Positions 37,303 through 48,984 of a stretch of DNA of 64,000 bases are shown here, one piece after another. Origin of the DNA: a bacterium (GTDB lineage Bacteria; Patescibacteriota; Dojkabacteria; SC72; WJKH01); the NCBI GenBank assembly GCA_029547225.1, contig JAKPPS010000042.1:4459-68458 (forward strand), in the 5' to 3' direction. A model generated the notes under the pieces. That model ran no database searches and was not told the origin of the DNA. It worked only from the letters and a program-made list of their open reading frames with translations. How positions within the stretch are numbered: the stretch's first letter is position 1; each line of letters begins with the position of its first letter. The position numbers and the translations under genes are program-made.

Positions 37303-37437
37303 CTAAAAAATATATACTCTATGATGTTAAACTAATTATTTGCTAAAAAATCTACATAATAATAATATAGAGTAAAGTGAGTTCGTTGATCGATCAGATC
37401 TGTTCAAGCAGTTTAAATTTAGTTTCGTTATAGAAAA

Positions 37438-38172
37438 ATGCAAAATATCCGGAAATACCATAAAGAAGATAATTATTCATATTCACTTGGGGTTTTTACA
37501 ACAATAGAGCTTTTACAAAATCGTCCTCAAGATGTACTAAAAGTACTTTTAAGTAATAAAAGTGATAGGAATAAAGGTGTCGATAAGATCAAAGATATTT
37601 GCCAGAAAAACAACATTGAATATGTATATGCTGACGGTCAAATAAATCGTGTTTCCGATAAGGAGAATACTTATGCAGTTGGAGTATTTGAAAAGTATAA
37701 TTCTCAATTGGAAGGTATTGACGAAAAAAATCAGCACTTAGTACTTGTGAGACCGTTGAATGCAGGTAATATGGGCACAAATATCCGCACAGCTGTAGCT
37801 TTTGGTATTAAGAATATTGCTGTAATAAGACCTGCAGTGGACATATTTAATCCTCAAATTATTTCAAGCTCTATGGGGGCAATATTTAGCGTAAATATCG
37901 AATATTTTGACTCTCTTGAGCTTTATATGAAAAAATATAATCCTAAAAATTGTTATTCTTTTGTACTTGCAGAACCCAGCTCCCGAACTTTGTTAAATCA
38001 AGTTACTATAGTAAAACCAGCTTCCTTTGTTTTTGGTAACGAAGGGGAGGGTTTGACAGATAGCGAATTAAAGTTTGGGCAAAAAATAATGATTGAACAG
38101 AGTGATAATGTTGATTCATTAAATTTATCTGTGGCTGTAGGAATCGGTCTTTATAGAGCATATATTAGCTAA
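37438..38172 (+). CDS. SpoU/TrmH-family RNA 2'-O-methyltransferase
   Basis: 244-aa ORF with C-terminal SPOUT motifs (NAGNMGTNIRTA, FGNEGEGL, SLNLSVAVGI). Confidence 0.8.
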   Translation: MQNIRKYHKEDNYSYSLGVFTTIELLQNRPQDVLKVLLSNKSDRNKGVDKIKDICQKNNIEYVYADGQINRVSDKENTYAVGVFEKYNSQLEGIDEKNQHLVLVRPLNAGNMGTNIRTAVAFGIKNIAVIRPAVDIFNPQIISSSMGAIFSVNIEYFDSLELYMKKYNPKNCYSFVLAEPSSRTLLNQVTIVKPASFVFGNEGEGLTDSELKFGQKIMIEQSDNVDSLNLSVAVGIGLYRAYIS

Positions 38173-38251
38173 AATGGTAACAATCCTAGTTCCGTTTTGC
38201 TACGAAACAGATTAATTGGATTTAAAATGTTAAGTATTTTAGGATAAAAGT

Positions 38252-38518
38252 ATGAATAGAGGAGTAATAAAACTGTCCTTATCAGAAGTGGAGGTTTTAA
38301 AAAATAAAAATCTATTAAGTGGTCACAAGCTGTTAGCTCTTGAACAGTATAATGAACAAAATCCAGGAATTACAGAAAATATTTCAGTAGAGTTTTCTGC
38401 CGATGAGGTTGAATATATTCTCGATGAAATTGGAATCCCAGAAGAGAATGAGAGTGACGAAATAAAAATATTGAGAAATAAATTTTTCCTTTTCAACAGT
38501 CAGCTTAGAACTTCTTAG
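38252..38518 (+). CDS. Hypothetical acidic small protein
   Basis: 88-aa ORF with no recognised motif. It converges on the CarD-like gene. Confidence 0.3.
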   Translation: MNRGVIKLSLSEVEVLKNKNLLSGHKLLALEQYNEQNPGITENISVEFSADEVEYILDEIGIPEENESDEIKILRNKFFLFNSQLRTS

Positions 38519-39030
38519 AGGTCAACCTTGATTTTGGTTATCTCTTCAAACTCTTTAACAGCTTCCTCCATTGTAAGATCTTTAATTACTGCAAGCTCAG
38601 CAACTAGATAGATTATTGAATTTTTTATTGATTTAGTAATATTTACAGGTATTATCCTTTTATCTTCAAGGCGATTATCTCGGACACAACCACATTTAAT
38701 AATAATTTCAACAAAATTAGCAGCATTACCAGTGTTATCAAGCTCTTTCATCTCTTCTATGAATTTATTGTAATCCTTTTGGTCCTTTGTTTTCTTGACT
38801 GTTTCGCCAAGTTTCAAGAGAAGTTGATGCATTTTTTCTGAAGAAATTACTTCTCGCACACCAAGAGTATCTAATTTATCTATTGGAGTTGAAATTGTAA
38901 GTGGGCTATTTACAAACTTAAACTCAAAATAATCTTTCTTCTCACCACAAAATTCGATACTTTTCTTTTTTACGATCCAACCGGCTCCGTGTGAAGGATA
39001 AAATATTTTTGAATTTACTTCTAGTGGCAT
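38515..39030 (-). CDS. CarD/CdnL family RNA-polymerase-binding transcription factor
   Basis: N-terminal FYPSHGAGWIVKKKSIEFCGEKKDYFEFKF matches the CarD_CdnL_TRCF domain pattern. Confidence 0.8.
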   Translation of the reverse strand: MPLEVNSKIFYPSHGAGWIVKKKSIEFCGEKKDYFEFKFVNSPLTISTPIDKLDTLGVREVISSEKMHQLLLKLGETVKKTKDQKDYNKFIEEMKELDNTGNAANFVEIIIKCGCVRDNRLEDKRIIPVNITKSIKNSIIYLVAELAVIKDLTMEEAVKEFEEITKIKVDL

Positions 39031-39409
39031 ATTGGTGGGGTATTATTAATTATATGTATTATTATACCACATTTTTTAATATATATCAAACGATAAAACT
39101 GCTATTGATCTCGTACCGGATTCATTGCAGTTGTGATGTCTCAGTGTCGAATACTTGGAATTCTAATATCAAGTTTATAATTTGATTATCCCGATATCTT
39201 TGTAAAACTTTTTTAGATCATTCTATTTAGAATGAATTTTAATAATAAAGTGCGTGGAAAAGCACTAATGTTAACCAAATAATGTTATCAAAATATTGAT
39301 TAACGAGAAAAATATGTTATACTGTACGGAAAGAATCATTATAAGTTAGAGTGCATGTATATTGAATAAATTAGGCAGATTATAAAAAGATAATTTAACT
39401 TACGCTAGA

Positions 39410-40669
39410 ATGAAGAAAATTAAGAATATTCTTATATTGCCTTATAGTCATCAATTGGGTTCAACGCACACTTTGATATCTATAGGAAAACATTTAAAGA
39501 GTCTTGGATATAATGTTATTGTCGCAGGGGAAGGAAGATATATTAATTTAGCGAAGCAAAATGGTTTAAAATCTGTCAATCTAGTTGAGATTCCTATCGA
39601 TACATATCGAAAAAAAACTGATAGCGCAGAATTAACGTATCAAACTGAGGAAGAGATTGAGCTTTTTATTGAGTCTGAAATTGCGTTATACAAGAAACTT
39701 TCTATAGATTTGGTTATTTCAACTCTAAGGCTTACAGCTCCGATATCTACAAAACTTACGAATATTCCGCATATCTCCTTGACATATGCTATTCTTTCTA
39801 ATCACTATGCTTTAAGTATCGTAATACCCGAAACGCATTCGCTTTATAAATTCCATGGCGTTCCAGTATTATTTGGTCTATTAAATAAAATTGCAAATTA
39901 TATATATTTCTATGTAATGAAAAAATTTGCTAAACCATATAATAATATAGCAATAAAACATGGTTTACAGGCGAAAAAGAACCTTCTTTCATATTATGAA
40001 GGTGATATTACATGGCTATATGATATTCAAGAGTTTGCTCCAGTGAAAAGCGCTCCAAGTTCATTTAGGTATCTTGGTACAATTTTCAATAAAGTTGTAG
40101 CTGAGAAACCAAAATGGATAGATGAAGTTAAAGAATTAAAGAAAAAAACAAATACTCGAGTCATATATGTTTCTATGGGTAGTAGTGGCACTTTATATAC
40201 CACAGTAATTGAGAATGTTATTGAATACTGTAAGAAAAACGATTATCTGGTTGTTACCAATAGCCTAAAGCAAAAGGGAAACACGGGTGATATTGAAATC
40301 GAGCAATACAAAGGTTTGTATACTGTTGATTACGCCTCAGCTGAGGATATGTTATCCGTTTCAGATTTGGTAGTATCCCATGGTGGAAGGGGTACTATGT
40401 ATGATAGTTTAGAGATCGGCGTTCCACTTGTAATTATTCCTCACCAATCAGAACAGGAATGGAACACATTAAGACTTGAAAAGATGGGGGCTGGAAAGAA
40501 AGTATCTAAAGCGAATTATTCGAAATCAGAATTGTTTTCTGCACTAGATAATATTTTTGATAACTATAGTACTGTAATGGATAACATTGCGCTGATCAAG
40601 TCCTACATCAAAAAATATGACTGGAAGATTGAAGTTGAGAAGACAATTAAAGACCTCGATGTTGAATAG
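39410..40669 (+). CDS. GT1-family (MGT/UDP-glycosyltransferase-like) glycosyltransferase
   Basis: C-terminal nucleotide-sugar motif VVSHGGRGTMYDSLEIGVPLVIIPHQSEQEWN. Confidence 0.75.
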   Translation: MKKIKNILILPYSHQLGSTHTLISIGKHLKSLGYNVIVAGEGRYINLAKQNGLKSVNLVEIPIDTYRKKTDSAELTYQTEEEIELFIESEIALYKKLSIDLVISTLRLTAPISTKLTNIPHISLTYAILSNHYALSIVIPETHSLYKFHGVPVLFGLLNKIANYIYFYVMKKFAKPYNNIAIKHGLQAKKNLLSYYEGDITWLYDIQEFAPVKSAPSSFRYLGTIFNKVVAEKPKWIDEVKELKKKTNTRVIYVSMGSSGTLYTTVIENVIEYCKKNDYLVVTNSLKQKGNTGDIEIEQYKGLYTVDYASAEDMLSVSDLVVSHGGRGTMYDSLEIGVPLVIIPHQSEQEWNTLRLEKMGAGKKVSKANYSKSELFSALDNIFDNYSTVMDNIALIKSYIKKYDWKIEVEKTIKDLDVE

Positions 40670-40885
40670 TTCCACATCATGTTGAGCAAGAGTGGAATGT
40701 TAAAAATCTTTGGCTTGGGACCATGTATTAAGCTGACTAAAATAGATAATTTAAATAAAGCTTTGGATACGTAGACAGATAATTATGATGCGTATAAAAA
40801 TCGTTGTGTACAGTTTTCTAAAATGCTTGATAAATACTATTGGAGAAAAGCATTTTAGAGACTATGAAAATATTGGAGGATTAGC

Positions 40886-43210
40886 ATGAATGAGTTAATA
40901 TTTGATAGTAAATCGGTTACCTTAATAATTGCTTCAGTATTCAATTTGGTGGTTGGAGTGTATTTGCTAGTTTCTAAATTGAAGGTTCCTAAAACATCCA
41001 GTCGGTATCTCAGTTTTGCTTCTTTTCTTGCTTCTATATGGCTTGTGAGTTCATGGATTAATCATTTTTCTCAAGACGTAGTACTTATTACTTTTTTGAC
41101 ACGTGTAAGTTTTGCCTCTGCAGCAATCATTATTTTGATGCTATATTTGTTTTCTCAATCTTATCGTAATAGAAAGCCTGTTGTACCTGTTTTATTATTA
41201 GGGCTTTTATCTGCTATCTGGGTATTATTTAGTCAACGTATTATTATGGAGGAAGTGCCTGCTATTTTGGGGGTCGTTGATGAAAAACCAATATTTGGGA
41301 ATATGTTCGTTTATTGGGCTGTTCTTATTATAATTCTTATATTTATTCTATTTCTGGATTTTTATAAGTGTTTAAAGGAAACGTATGGGTTCGAAAGAGA
41401 AAGAATTCGTTATGTCATATTTATGATTATTTTGACGATTTTGATAGTGCTATTGTTTAATTTGTTTTTACCTATGGCTGGTGTGAAGGATTTTTATTTT
41501 ATTGGCCAATTCTCGACCTTTTTATTTGGGTTTGGTTGCTTTTGGGTTTTTTTAAAAGAAAAATTTGTATCTTTTAAATATTTTCTTATTAATTTATTTG
41601 CTATCTTGAGTTCTGGATTTGTACTATATACTTTAAGTTGGGGAACGCAAAAGATTGAACAATTTGTTTTCAGATGGGATATAACAAAACCTATTGATAT
41701 AAGAATTCTTGCTTTTGGCCTTTTTGTCGGGACTTTACTCTCTGTGTTGATTCCTATTTGGTTGTTACAGATTAAAAACTTGTATTTTAAAGCTTTGGGT
41801 ATAAGTTCTTATTCAATAAACGGCTTAACTCGCGATCTTATAGATTACGCTAATAGTGAGGTTGATATTGAAAAGTATATTCTTTCGTTTTTAAGGAAGA
41901 TAAAAGAGATTCTTCGTGTTAATAATATAATCTTATATATTAGGGAGTTAGATAGGTCAATAGAGTTAGCGCCTGTTGAGATAGAGTTACATTTAGATAA
42001 TTATAGTAAAAAGAATGTTACATTAATAAACAGCTCTAAAGGTTTATCTAAGGAGGTTTTTCCATTAGTAGTTAATAATAGCTGTGTCGGATTTTTGATA
42101 TTTATTCTCGATGCCGATAAACAGTATATTTCTCTCGATGTTGAGGATGCTATACAGAATTTTAATAAGATTCTAGGAGTTAATGTGAATAGATATGTCT
42201 TATACAAACAGCTTAGAGAGACAAATTTGAATTTGGAAGATAAAATCTTAATTGCTACTAAAGAATTGAATGATAAGATAGCGGCATTAGAAGAATCACG
42301 TAAAAAAGAAAATGATTTGATAGATATCATGGGACATGAATTAAGAACACCCGCAACAGTAGTTAAAATGAATGTAGAATTATTAACAAATTGGCTAAAC
42401 CGAGTCAAAGAACAAATAATGGAAGCAAAAAACATTGAAGATTTTAAGCATTATACTAAACGAATAAAGCAGAGTATTGACAATGAAATCAAAATAATCA
42501 ACACCTTACTTGCATCTGCCAAACTAGAGGGTAATAGGTTAGTTCTTATGAAGGTTCCAGTAAATACAATAAACGCAATAGAGTTAGGAATCGAAGGACA
42601 GCGGGAGAATGTTGAGAAAAAGGGTTTAAAATTAATTTTTGAAAAACCAAAAGACGCTGATAAGTTTCCATTGGCTTTCGCAGATAAGGGAAGATTTCAA
42701 GAAATTGTTGATAACCTTATTAGTAATGCTACTAAATATACGGATGAAGGACAAATTGCTATAACAGCATCTCATGATAAAGATTATATAAAAATATCTG
42801 TTAAGGATACGGGAAAGGGTATTGCCAAAAATGATATTTCAAAATTGGGTAAGAAATTTTTTAGGACAAATCAATATCTCAATACCGATAAAGAAGACTC
42901 AGCTACTCAACTCGTAAGACCAGGTGGGACAGGATTAGGTTTGTTTGTTGTATTTGGTCTTGTTAAGGCTCATGGTGGTGAAATCTCTGTAGAAAGTGAA
43001 CTGGGTAAAGGTAGTACTTTCACATTTACTATACCTATTGCACATGGAGCTTCTGAGGAAGTAAATAAGGGATTATTCACTGGTAACCAGTTCGATAGGA
43101 TAAGAATGCAAATGCAAAATGAGGCATCAAATAAAGAAATATCTCATTCAAAGGGCAAGAATTCTAATGAGTCAGATATTTTTGCTCATGAAATTCACAC
43201 AATGGATTAA
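40886..43210 (+). CDS. Sensor histidine kinase with a multi-TM N-terminal domain (no response regulator adjacent)
   Basis: About 8 TM segments, H-box [12 protein letters not shown]-box LISNATKYT and G-boxes DTGKGI / GGTGLGL. Confidence 0.85.
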   Translation: MNELIFDSKSVTLIIASVFNLVVGVYLLVSKLKVPKTSSRYLSFASFLASIWLVSSWINHFSQDVVLITFLTRVSFASAAIIILMLYLFSQSYRNRKPVVPVLLLGLLSAIWVLFSQRIIMEEVPAILGVVDEKPIFGNMFVYWAVLIIILIFILFLDFYKCLKETYGFERERIRYVIFMIILTILIVLLFNLFLPMAGVKDFYFIGQFSTFLFGFGCFWVFLKEKFVSFKYFLINLFAILSSGFVLYTLSWGTQKIEQFVFRWDITKPIDIRILAFGLFVGTLLSVLIPIWLLQIKNLYFKALGISSYSINGLTRDLIDYANSEVDIEKYILSFLRKIKEILRVNNIILYIRELDRSIELAPVEIELHLDNYSKKNVTLINSSKGLSKEVFPLVVNNSCVGFLIFILDADKQYISLDVEDAIQNFNKILGVNVNRYVLYKQLRETNLNLEDKILIATKELNDKIAALEESRKKENDLIDIMGHELRTPATVVKMNVELLTNWLNRVKEQIMEAKNIEDFKHYTKRIKQSIDNEIKIINTLLASAKLEGNRLVLMKVPVNTINAIELGIEGQRENVEKKGLKLIFEKPKDADKFPLAFADKGRFQEIVDNLISNATKYTDEGQIAITASHDKDYIKISVKDTGKGIAKNDISKLGKKFFRTNQYLNTDKEDSATQLVRPGGTGLGLFVVFGLVKAHGGEISVESELGKGSTFTFTIPIAHGASEEVNKGLFTGNQFDRIRMQMQNEASNKEISHSKGKNSNESDIFAHEIHTMD

Positions 43211-43448
43211 GTATTATTTTTATGTATATTACCTTAAGATAATGAACTAATCTCGTTTGTCTTGCTTTTTCGTTTTTCTAAAAGAAGATAGCATCATAAA
43301 TGTGCCAAATATCCCCTGAGAACAACCCTTTTTTACTCTCTTATTTATATAATTCTTCTTCCTATTGAATTGTTACAAAATTAGGCTTATAATTCGTTAT
43401 ATACGTTTTGTATAGATTGCCCCAAATAAATTTTTAATAAATGTTTCA

Positions 43449-46400
43449 ATGTCAAAACGCATTAAACACTTATTTAATTTCCTCTCCAAAGTATTGAGTG
43501 TTGTTGTCGTCTTTACGATGGTTTTTCCTTCGTTAAATGCATCTCAGTATGTATTTGCAGCCGATGCTCTATCAGCTCCTACTAATCTAGGCTGGAATCT
43601 AAGAAGTATGTCAGCTACACCTGGCGAAACTGATGTCGATCTACTTTGTGGGTCAACAACAAATGCTGATTATCCTCGATATGGCAATGGCATGATGGCG
43701 CACAATTGGTCTGCCGTAACGAGTGGCTCTGATACAGTATATTATCAGAGAGAGTATCAATTTCCAGGTACATCTTCATGGATAGCTGATGGTACAAAAT
43801 ATACTTCTACATATACGGATTTTGGTACTCTCGGTTCAAATGAAGGTGTTGAGGGTACTTGGCTTACTCGAGTTAGGGCATGGGTTGATACAAATAGTAA
43901 TGGCTCTTTAGATGAAGGAGTTGATAATGTATCTTCATGGAGTGATGAATGTTCTGTTACATATAATCGAGATATTCCTAGTATCGATATCCCAACAGTT
44001 GCAACTGATTATGGTTCAGCTATAAACGGAAAATGGTTTACTATCAGTGCAAATGTATATGGAAGCATTAGTACCGATGCAGATGCTTGTAAAATTTCAT
44101 ATGATTTAGGTTCTACATGGCATTCATACTATTATGACTTTATTAATTCCCAATGTAGTGCTGTTTTCTCACTTACTGATGATACCCTTGATGGCTCTAC
44201 GGCAAACATTCTTGTTTCAGTTAAAGGTACAGATGGAAGCGAAGCCACTTCTCCGATGATTTCGAGACCCATCGATATGTTAGTAAATGGAGTTACAGTA
44301 GATATCGAGCATGACAGTTATACTCCATTAACCTTAGCAGCCGATACAGTTAAAGGTACTTTTGTTGATAATGTCGGGGGTACAACAGAAGGTTTTATTA
44401 TTGTCGCAGATATTACAGATTTGTCTAGACCAGCAGCTCCAACAATATTGTCACCATTACCAGAACAGCATTTCAATACGACTCCGATTTTGAATGATTG
44501 GACTGATGTAACAGATGATACAGGTATAGATTACTATCGTGTTGAATATATCTATGATGATGGTCATTCATTTAGTGGAGGTCCATACAGGACAACTACA
44601 GCGAGTCAAAGAAATCATATACCAGCAACAACTGAACAAGGTGGTGTAACAATCAGAGTTCAAGCTGTTGACAACGAAGGATATGAGGGTATTTGGAGTA
44701 ATCCTGTACATTATTATTATGATTTAACAGCGCCTGCGGTACCTACCAATACAGGTTTTAATTCTACAGTTCCTGATTACGCTACAGAGCCGACACAGAT
44801 AGCTTGTGGTGGATTTACAAATGTAAATTCTATTTCTCATCATTGGAGTGCATATGAGGGTACTGGAGGTATTGATGATGCATCCGTACAATATATGAGA
44901 CAGTGGGTTTTCCCGGGCGGAGATACTACAAATCCAGCAAGTTGGCAAGGTGCGGAAATCTGGAATACAAACTATACGAACTATCGCACTTTTGGTACAA
45001 GTACAGGTATTGAGGGAACCTGGTATGTGAGAGTACAAGCAAAAGACGCTATAGGTAACTGGAGTGGATATAGTGAGCCTTGCGCAATTACACTTGATAT
45101 GACAAAACCTATCACTGTACTTACAAGCGAAGACTTAACTCTTATCAACGATAATACTCCAACTTTTACAGGAACCTCAACGGATGAAAGGTCAGGTTTA
45201 CAGGTATTACAGTACAAGATCGATGAAGGTTTGTGGACAGATTTTTCAAGCTTAACTGGTGAATTAAGTTCAAACTTTGAATTTACATCTCCTGAACTTA
45301 CAGATGGCGAACATACATTATATTTCAGAGCATTTGATAGAGCAGGAAACATTGAGAATACAGCTTCTGATACATTCGTTGTAGATACAACAGCTCCACG
45401 AACCACAGTAAATATCATTGGAGACCTCGATGAAACAAAGAATATTGCAGGTAATGGAGGTTGGCATGGATTTGGTTGGTATGAGTCTTTTGATCTTGTA
45501 CAACTTCAGTTTATCACTTCAACTTTGGGTGATAAAATCGAATATGCTTTACTTGATGGAAATGTTGATTGTTCAGCTGCAGTATATACAGAAATAGCTG
45601 CAGACTCAAATATTAATGCTGAGGTAAACAGTAAAGCAGATGGCATTTACACTTTGTGTTATAGAGGTTTTGATGGATTAGGAAATATCGAACCAACAAA
45701 CTTAATCAATCTAAGAAAAGATAATACAATTCCTCAGTACACATTCAATTCCGTATCAGGAAATGAATATATGGGAGTGTATTACAACAATACTTCGGAT
45801 TTAACATTATCCTTTAATATAACTGATGACAATTCTGGATATTCTAGAGCAAGATATGATCTTTATAGTGCTACGGAAGCTAATGCTTGTTCATCACTGA
45901 TTCGAACAAACCAGGATAATCTATATCCTGCTGATACTGATGTTACACGCGACCTTACTGTGACTGGATTATCTGATGGTCATTACTGTCTGAGGGTTTG
46001 GGTATATGATGATGTACAGAATAAAGCCTGGACACAGGTAAATGGTGATGGTTGGATCAAATTTGTGATTGACAAAGTAGCTCCAACATCTTCAGCAATT
46101 ATTTCTGAGGATTTCTATGGCCCGAAAACATTACAAACTGATACTGTAAACGGTACTGCTTCTGATGAGAGTGGCATCAAAGATTTAACAATTACAATAC
46201 GGAATCAGTTAGGACGTTATTGGAATGGTTCAAGTTGGAGTTGGACAGAAACTGATCTAGCAGTTAATGGTTTAGAGACTTGGGATTATAATTTCTTTAA
46301 TGTCTCGCCGAGATTTAATACTTTCACTTATACGGTAACCCCTACAGCTTGTGATTATGCAGGAAACTGTGCTACTGGAAGTGAAGATTCATTCACATGG

Positions 46401-48665
46401 GATAAAGTTTCTCCAACAATAGACATCGAAAGACCATTGTCAGATTGGCAAATAGCGGGTCCAGTTTCGATAAAAGGTACGTTGATAGATAACGTTTCAG
46501 GTATTGATGAATTACGAATCAGAGTAAGGCAATATGATCCAATGACTTCTACAGAAGGAGCTGTCGTTTATGAGAATAATGTTTGTGCTGAAGATGGAGT
46601 AACATCAGATGGTGCAAGCTGTGACAGTTTATTTGGTATAGAAGGAAAGTGGTCAGCAACTATGGATCCAGTTTCTATGGGTATCCCTGACGGAACATAT
46701 ATGATAAGAGTTCGAGCACTTGATAATGTACAAAATGCTTCTTGGGATAGTGTAATTTATTTTACTCTCGATAATACAAAACCAACAATTACTCAGGTTG
46801 CAGATCAGACATTCAATGAAGGCGATTTTGTCGATCCAAGTTTTGTTGTAGGTACAGAATTGACTGATAATATTCAGATAGATGATCTTTACTTCAAAAT
46901 ATTATTTGAAGGTGTCCAAGGTGAATCATGGGATTCTGGATATCAGATGGTAAGTGTTAATGGTGCTAATACTCATTACATATTGACTCAAGAAGATCTT
47001 GATGATTATCTCATTGATCAAATCGAGTATTTGATTGGTATTAGGCGTATCCCAATGTGGACATATCTCGTCCCAGAGGGTAGATATACAGTCAATTACT
47101 ATATTACAGATGAAGCTGGTAACACGAGTGAATGTATCAGGCCAGAGGACACCGGAATGAAATCATTATCTTTGCTTCCGGCAATAGCAGAGCCAGTTGA
47201 ACCAGAAATTGATGCTTGTGCTACAGTTTTAACTCTAAATAATGTTGCACCTACAACATCACTTACTGCTGATCAAACAATATTTGAAGGAGATACGGCA
47301 TCATTTATCGGTGAGTTTTCAGACCCAAGTTTCAATACGGATATTGTTAAATGGTTAATTGAAGGTTCTACGGAGCCGACAATGACACTTACATCAGAGA
47401 AATCCGATACAAAATTACTTGCAGATTCATTACTACCTTTAGATTTAGAGACAGAATTAGATTCAGATAGCAAGATAGAGTGGAAAGAAATCGGTACAAA
47501 ATCTATCAGTTTACTCGAGGAAGATACTGATGAAGAAGTCGTAATACCTTTTATGGCAGATGATCAATTCTGGACAGCATTTGTTGATTACGGAGATGGA
47601 TCTCCAATATTAGCTGGACAATTTGTTATGCCAACAGATCCTGATATTGATCCTGAAGATTTAGATTTGTTCCCGTATTTCTGGGATCATCTATATATTC
47701 CTGATCATCGATATACTCAGGAAGGTGTTTATACCGTGACTTTACAAGTTATTGAAGGTAGTGATTATACAACATACGATATCTTCGAACTAATCGGAGC
47801 TGTAGGTGACCATATTGACGGAGAAGGTGAATTTTCAAATACTTCATCAGTAATAGTGACAGTGCTTAACAATACTCCAACAGTATCCGTTACACCAGAA
47901 ACGACTACAGTACTCACAAATGCTACAGTAGTGCTTAATTCTAGTATCATTGGAGGAAATGCACCATTAACAAAAGCTTGGTCATGTACAGATGGATACA
48001 GTGCATCAGATGTTGATACAATTTCTTTTGCATCATCAGTGGCAGGTACTTATCAGTGCACACTTACTGTTACAGATGCAGATGGGGATATTGCGTCAGA
48101 TACATCTACGATAATTGTAAATAATCCTCCTGTTATAGACTATGAACTTATCTATTATGGTATAGGTGAGGTACTTGGTGAAGAAACTGAGAAAAAAGAA
48201 GAAACCAAGAAAGATCCAAAACCAGAAGTGTTAGGTGAGTCAGTCTGTGAAAGAACATATAAAGTTGATGGATATGTTTATTACGATAAAAATGATAATG
48301 GAAGTAAAGACGGTAAAGAGAGAGGTATGGCCGGATTAGTAGTTGAGATCACATATACTAATACTGAAGGTGAAACTGTAAAAGTCGCAACTGTGAGTAC
48401 AGCAGAAGACGGCTACTGGAATGCAGATGTGTGTCCAGGTGATTACAATATCTCTATAGATGAGAGTAAGCTACCTAATGGATACAAAATCGCTCAAAAC
48501 GCACTAAGGGATTTCAAAGTCGATGATAATGATATGCTTGGACTCAACATAGAATTAGATAAGGAATTATCTTTCCTAGCCAAGTTCTGGTGGATAATAT
48601 TACTAGCAGTATTAGTACTTGGATTGGGAGGATATATGATTGCAGGAAGACGCCAAAATCAATAA
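43449..48665 (+). CDS. Giant secreted/surface protein with multiple Ig-like repeats, a PKD-like module, an SdrD-B/Cna-B-like domain and a C-terminal TM anchor
   Basis: 1738-aa ORF with a signal peptide (VVVFTMVFPSLNASQYVFA). Recurring domain boundaries VDTTAP, DKVAPT, DKVSPT, DNTKPT and DMTKP. TVTDADGD is PKD-like and GYVYYDKNDNGSKDGKERGMAGLVV is SdrD-B-like. The tail is FWWIILLAVLVLGLGGYMIAGRRQNQ. Confidence 0.85.
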   Translation: MSKRIKHLFNFLSKVLSVVVVFTMVFPSLNASQYVFAADALSAPTNLGWNLRSMSATPGETDVDLLCGSTTNADYPRYGNGMMAHNWSAVTSGSDTVYYQREYQFPGTSSWIADGTKYTSTYTDFGTLGSNEGVEGTWLTRVRAWVDTNSNGSLDEGVDNVSSWSDECSVTYNRDIPSIDIPTVATDYGSAINGKWFTISANVYGSISTDADACKISYDLGSTWHSYYYDFINSQCSAVFSLTDDTLDGSTANILVSVKGTDGSEATSPMISRPIDMLVNGVTVDIEHDSYTPLTLAADTVKGTFVDNVGGTTEGFIIVADITDLSRPAAPTILSPLPEQHFNTTPILNDWTDVTDDTGIDYYRVEYIYDDGHSFSGGPYRTTTASQRNHIPATTEQGGVTIRVQAVDNEGYEGIWSNPVHYYYDLTAPAVPTNTGFNSTVPDYATEPTQIACGGFTNVNSISHHWSAYEGTGGIDDASVQYMRQWVFPGGDTTNPASWQGAEIWNTNYTNYRTFGTSTGIEGTWYVRVQAKDAIGNWSGYSEPCAITLDMTKPITVLTSEDLTLINDNTPTFTGTSTDERSGLQVLQYKIDEGLWTDFSSLTGELSSNFEFTSPELTDGEHTLYFRAFDRAGNIENTASDTFVVDTTAPRTTVNIIGDLDETKNIAGNGGWHGFGWYESFDLVQLQFITSTLGDKIEYALLDGNVDCSAAVYTEIAADSNINAEVNSKADGIYTLCYRGFDGLGNIEPTNLINLRKDNTIPQYTFNSVSGNEYMGVYYNNTSDLTLSFNITDDNSGYSRARYDLYSATEANACSSLIRTNQDNLYPADTDVTRDLTVTGLSDGHYCLRVWVYDDVQNKAWTQVNGDGWIKFVIDKVAPTSSAIISEDFYGPKTLQTDTVNGTASDESGIKDLTITIRNQLGRYWNGSSWSWTETDLAVNGLETWDYNFFNVSPRFNTFTYTVTPTACDYAGNCATGSEDSFTWDKVSPTIDIERPLSDWQIAGPVSIKGTLIDNVSGIDELRIRVRQYDPMTSTEGAVVYENNVCAEDGVTSDGASCDSLFGIEGKWSATMDPVSMGIPDGTYMIRVRALDNVQNASWDSVIYFTLDNTKPTITQVADQTFNEGDFVDPSFVVGTELTDNIQIDDLYFKILFEGVQGESWDSGYQMVSVNGANTHYILTQEDLDDYLIDQIEYLIGIRRIPMWTYLVPEGRYTVNYYITDEAGNTSECIRPEDTGMKSLSLLPAIAEPVEPEIDACATVLTLNNVAPTTSLTADQTIFEGDTASFIGEFSDPSFNTDIVKWLIEGSTEPTMTLTSEKSDTKLLADSLLPLDLETELDSDSKIEWKEIGTKSISLLEEDTDEEVVIPFMADDQFWTAFVDYGDGSPILAGQFVMPTDPDIDPEDLDLFPYFWDHLYIPDHRYTQEGVYTVTLQVIEGSDYTTYDIFELIGAVGDHIDGEGEFSNTSSVIVTVLNNTPTVSVTPETTTVLTNATVVLNSSIIGGNAPLTKAWSCTDGYSASDVDTISFASSVAGTYQCTLTVTDADGDIASDTSTIIVNNPPVIDYELIYYGIGEVLGEETEKKEETKKDPKPEVLGESVCERTYKVDGYVYYDKNDNGSKDGKERGMAGLVVEITYTNTEGETVKVATVSTAEDGYWNADVCPGDYNISIDESKLPNGYKIAQNALRDFKVDDNDMLGLNIELDKELSFLAKFWWIILLAVLVLGLGGYMIAGRRQNQ

Positions 48666-48699
48666 TAAGGCTTATCTAAGCGATTAATATTGCATACCA

Positions 48700-48730
48700 A
48701 GACAGACTCTTAAAAGGGTCTGTCTTTTTT
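48700..48730 (+). terminator. Rho-independent terminator of the giant surface-protein gene
   Basis: 8-bp stem AGACAGAC/GTCTGTCT, 10-nt loop, followed by T6. Confidence 0.8.
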
Positions 48731-48780
48731 ATCTTAGGTACTTAATAAAGTGACGCAAGAAACTTGATAGAGTTTGAATA

Positions 48781-48829
48781 ATGTAACCATGCGTTTACAT
48801 AATAATATTTCTCGTCACCATTACAATCC
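48781..48829 (-). repeat. Box-2 intergenic repeat
   Basis: The reverse complement reads GGATTGTAATGGTGACGAGAAATATTATTATGTAAACGCATGGTTACAT. Confidence 0.6.
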
Positions 48830-48984
48830 GAGTGCTATCCTAAAGTAATCATATTGTTCACATACGGAAAAAAATACATTTAAGTAAAAAATTATTAGCT
48901 CTATCTAAGAAAATGTAATTACAGTAAGGGTGTGTGTAAATTTCGACTTGTAACTTCTTAAAGAATTAATTGTGGAATTATCAA

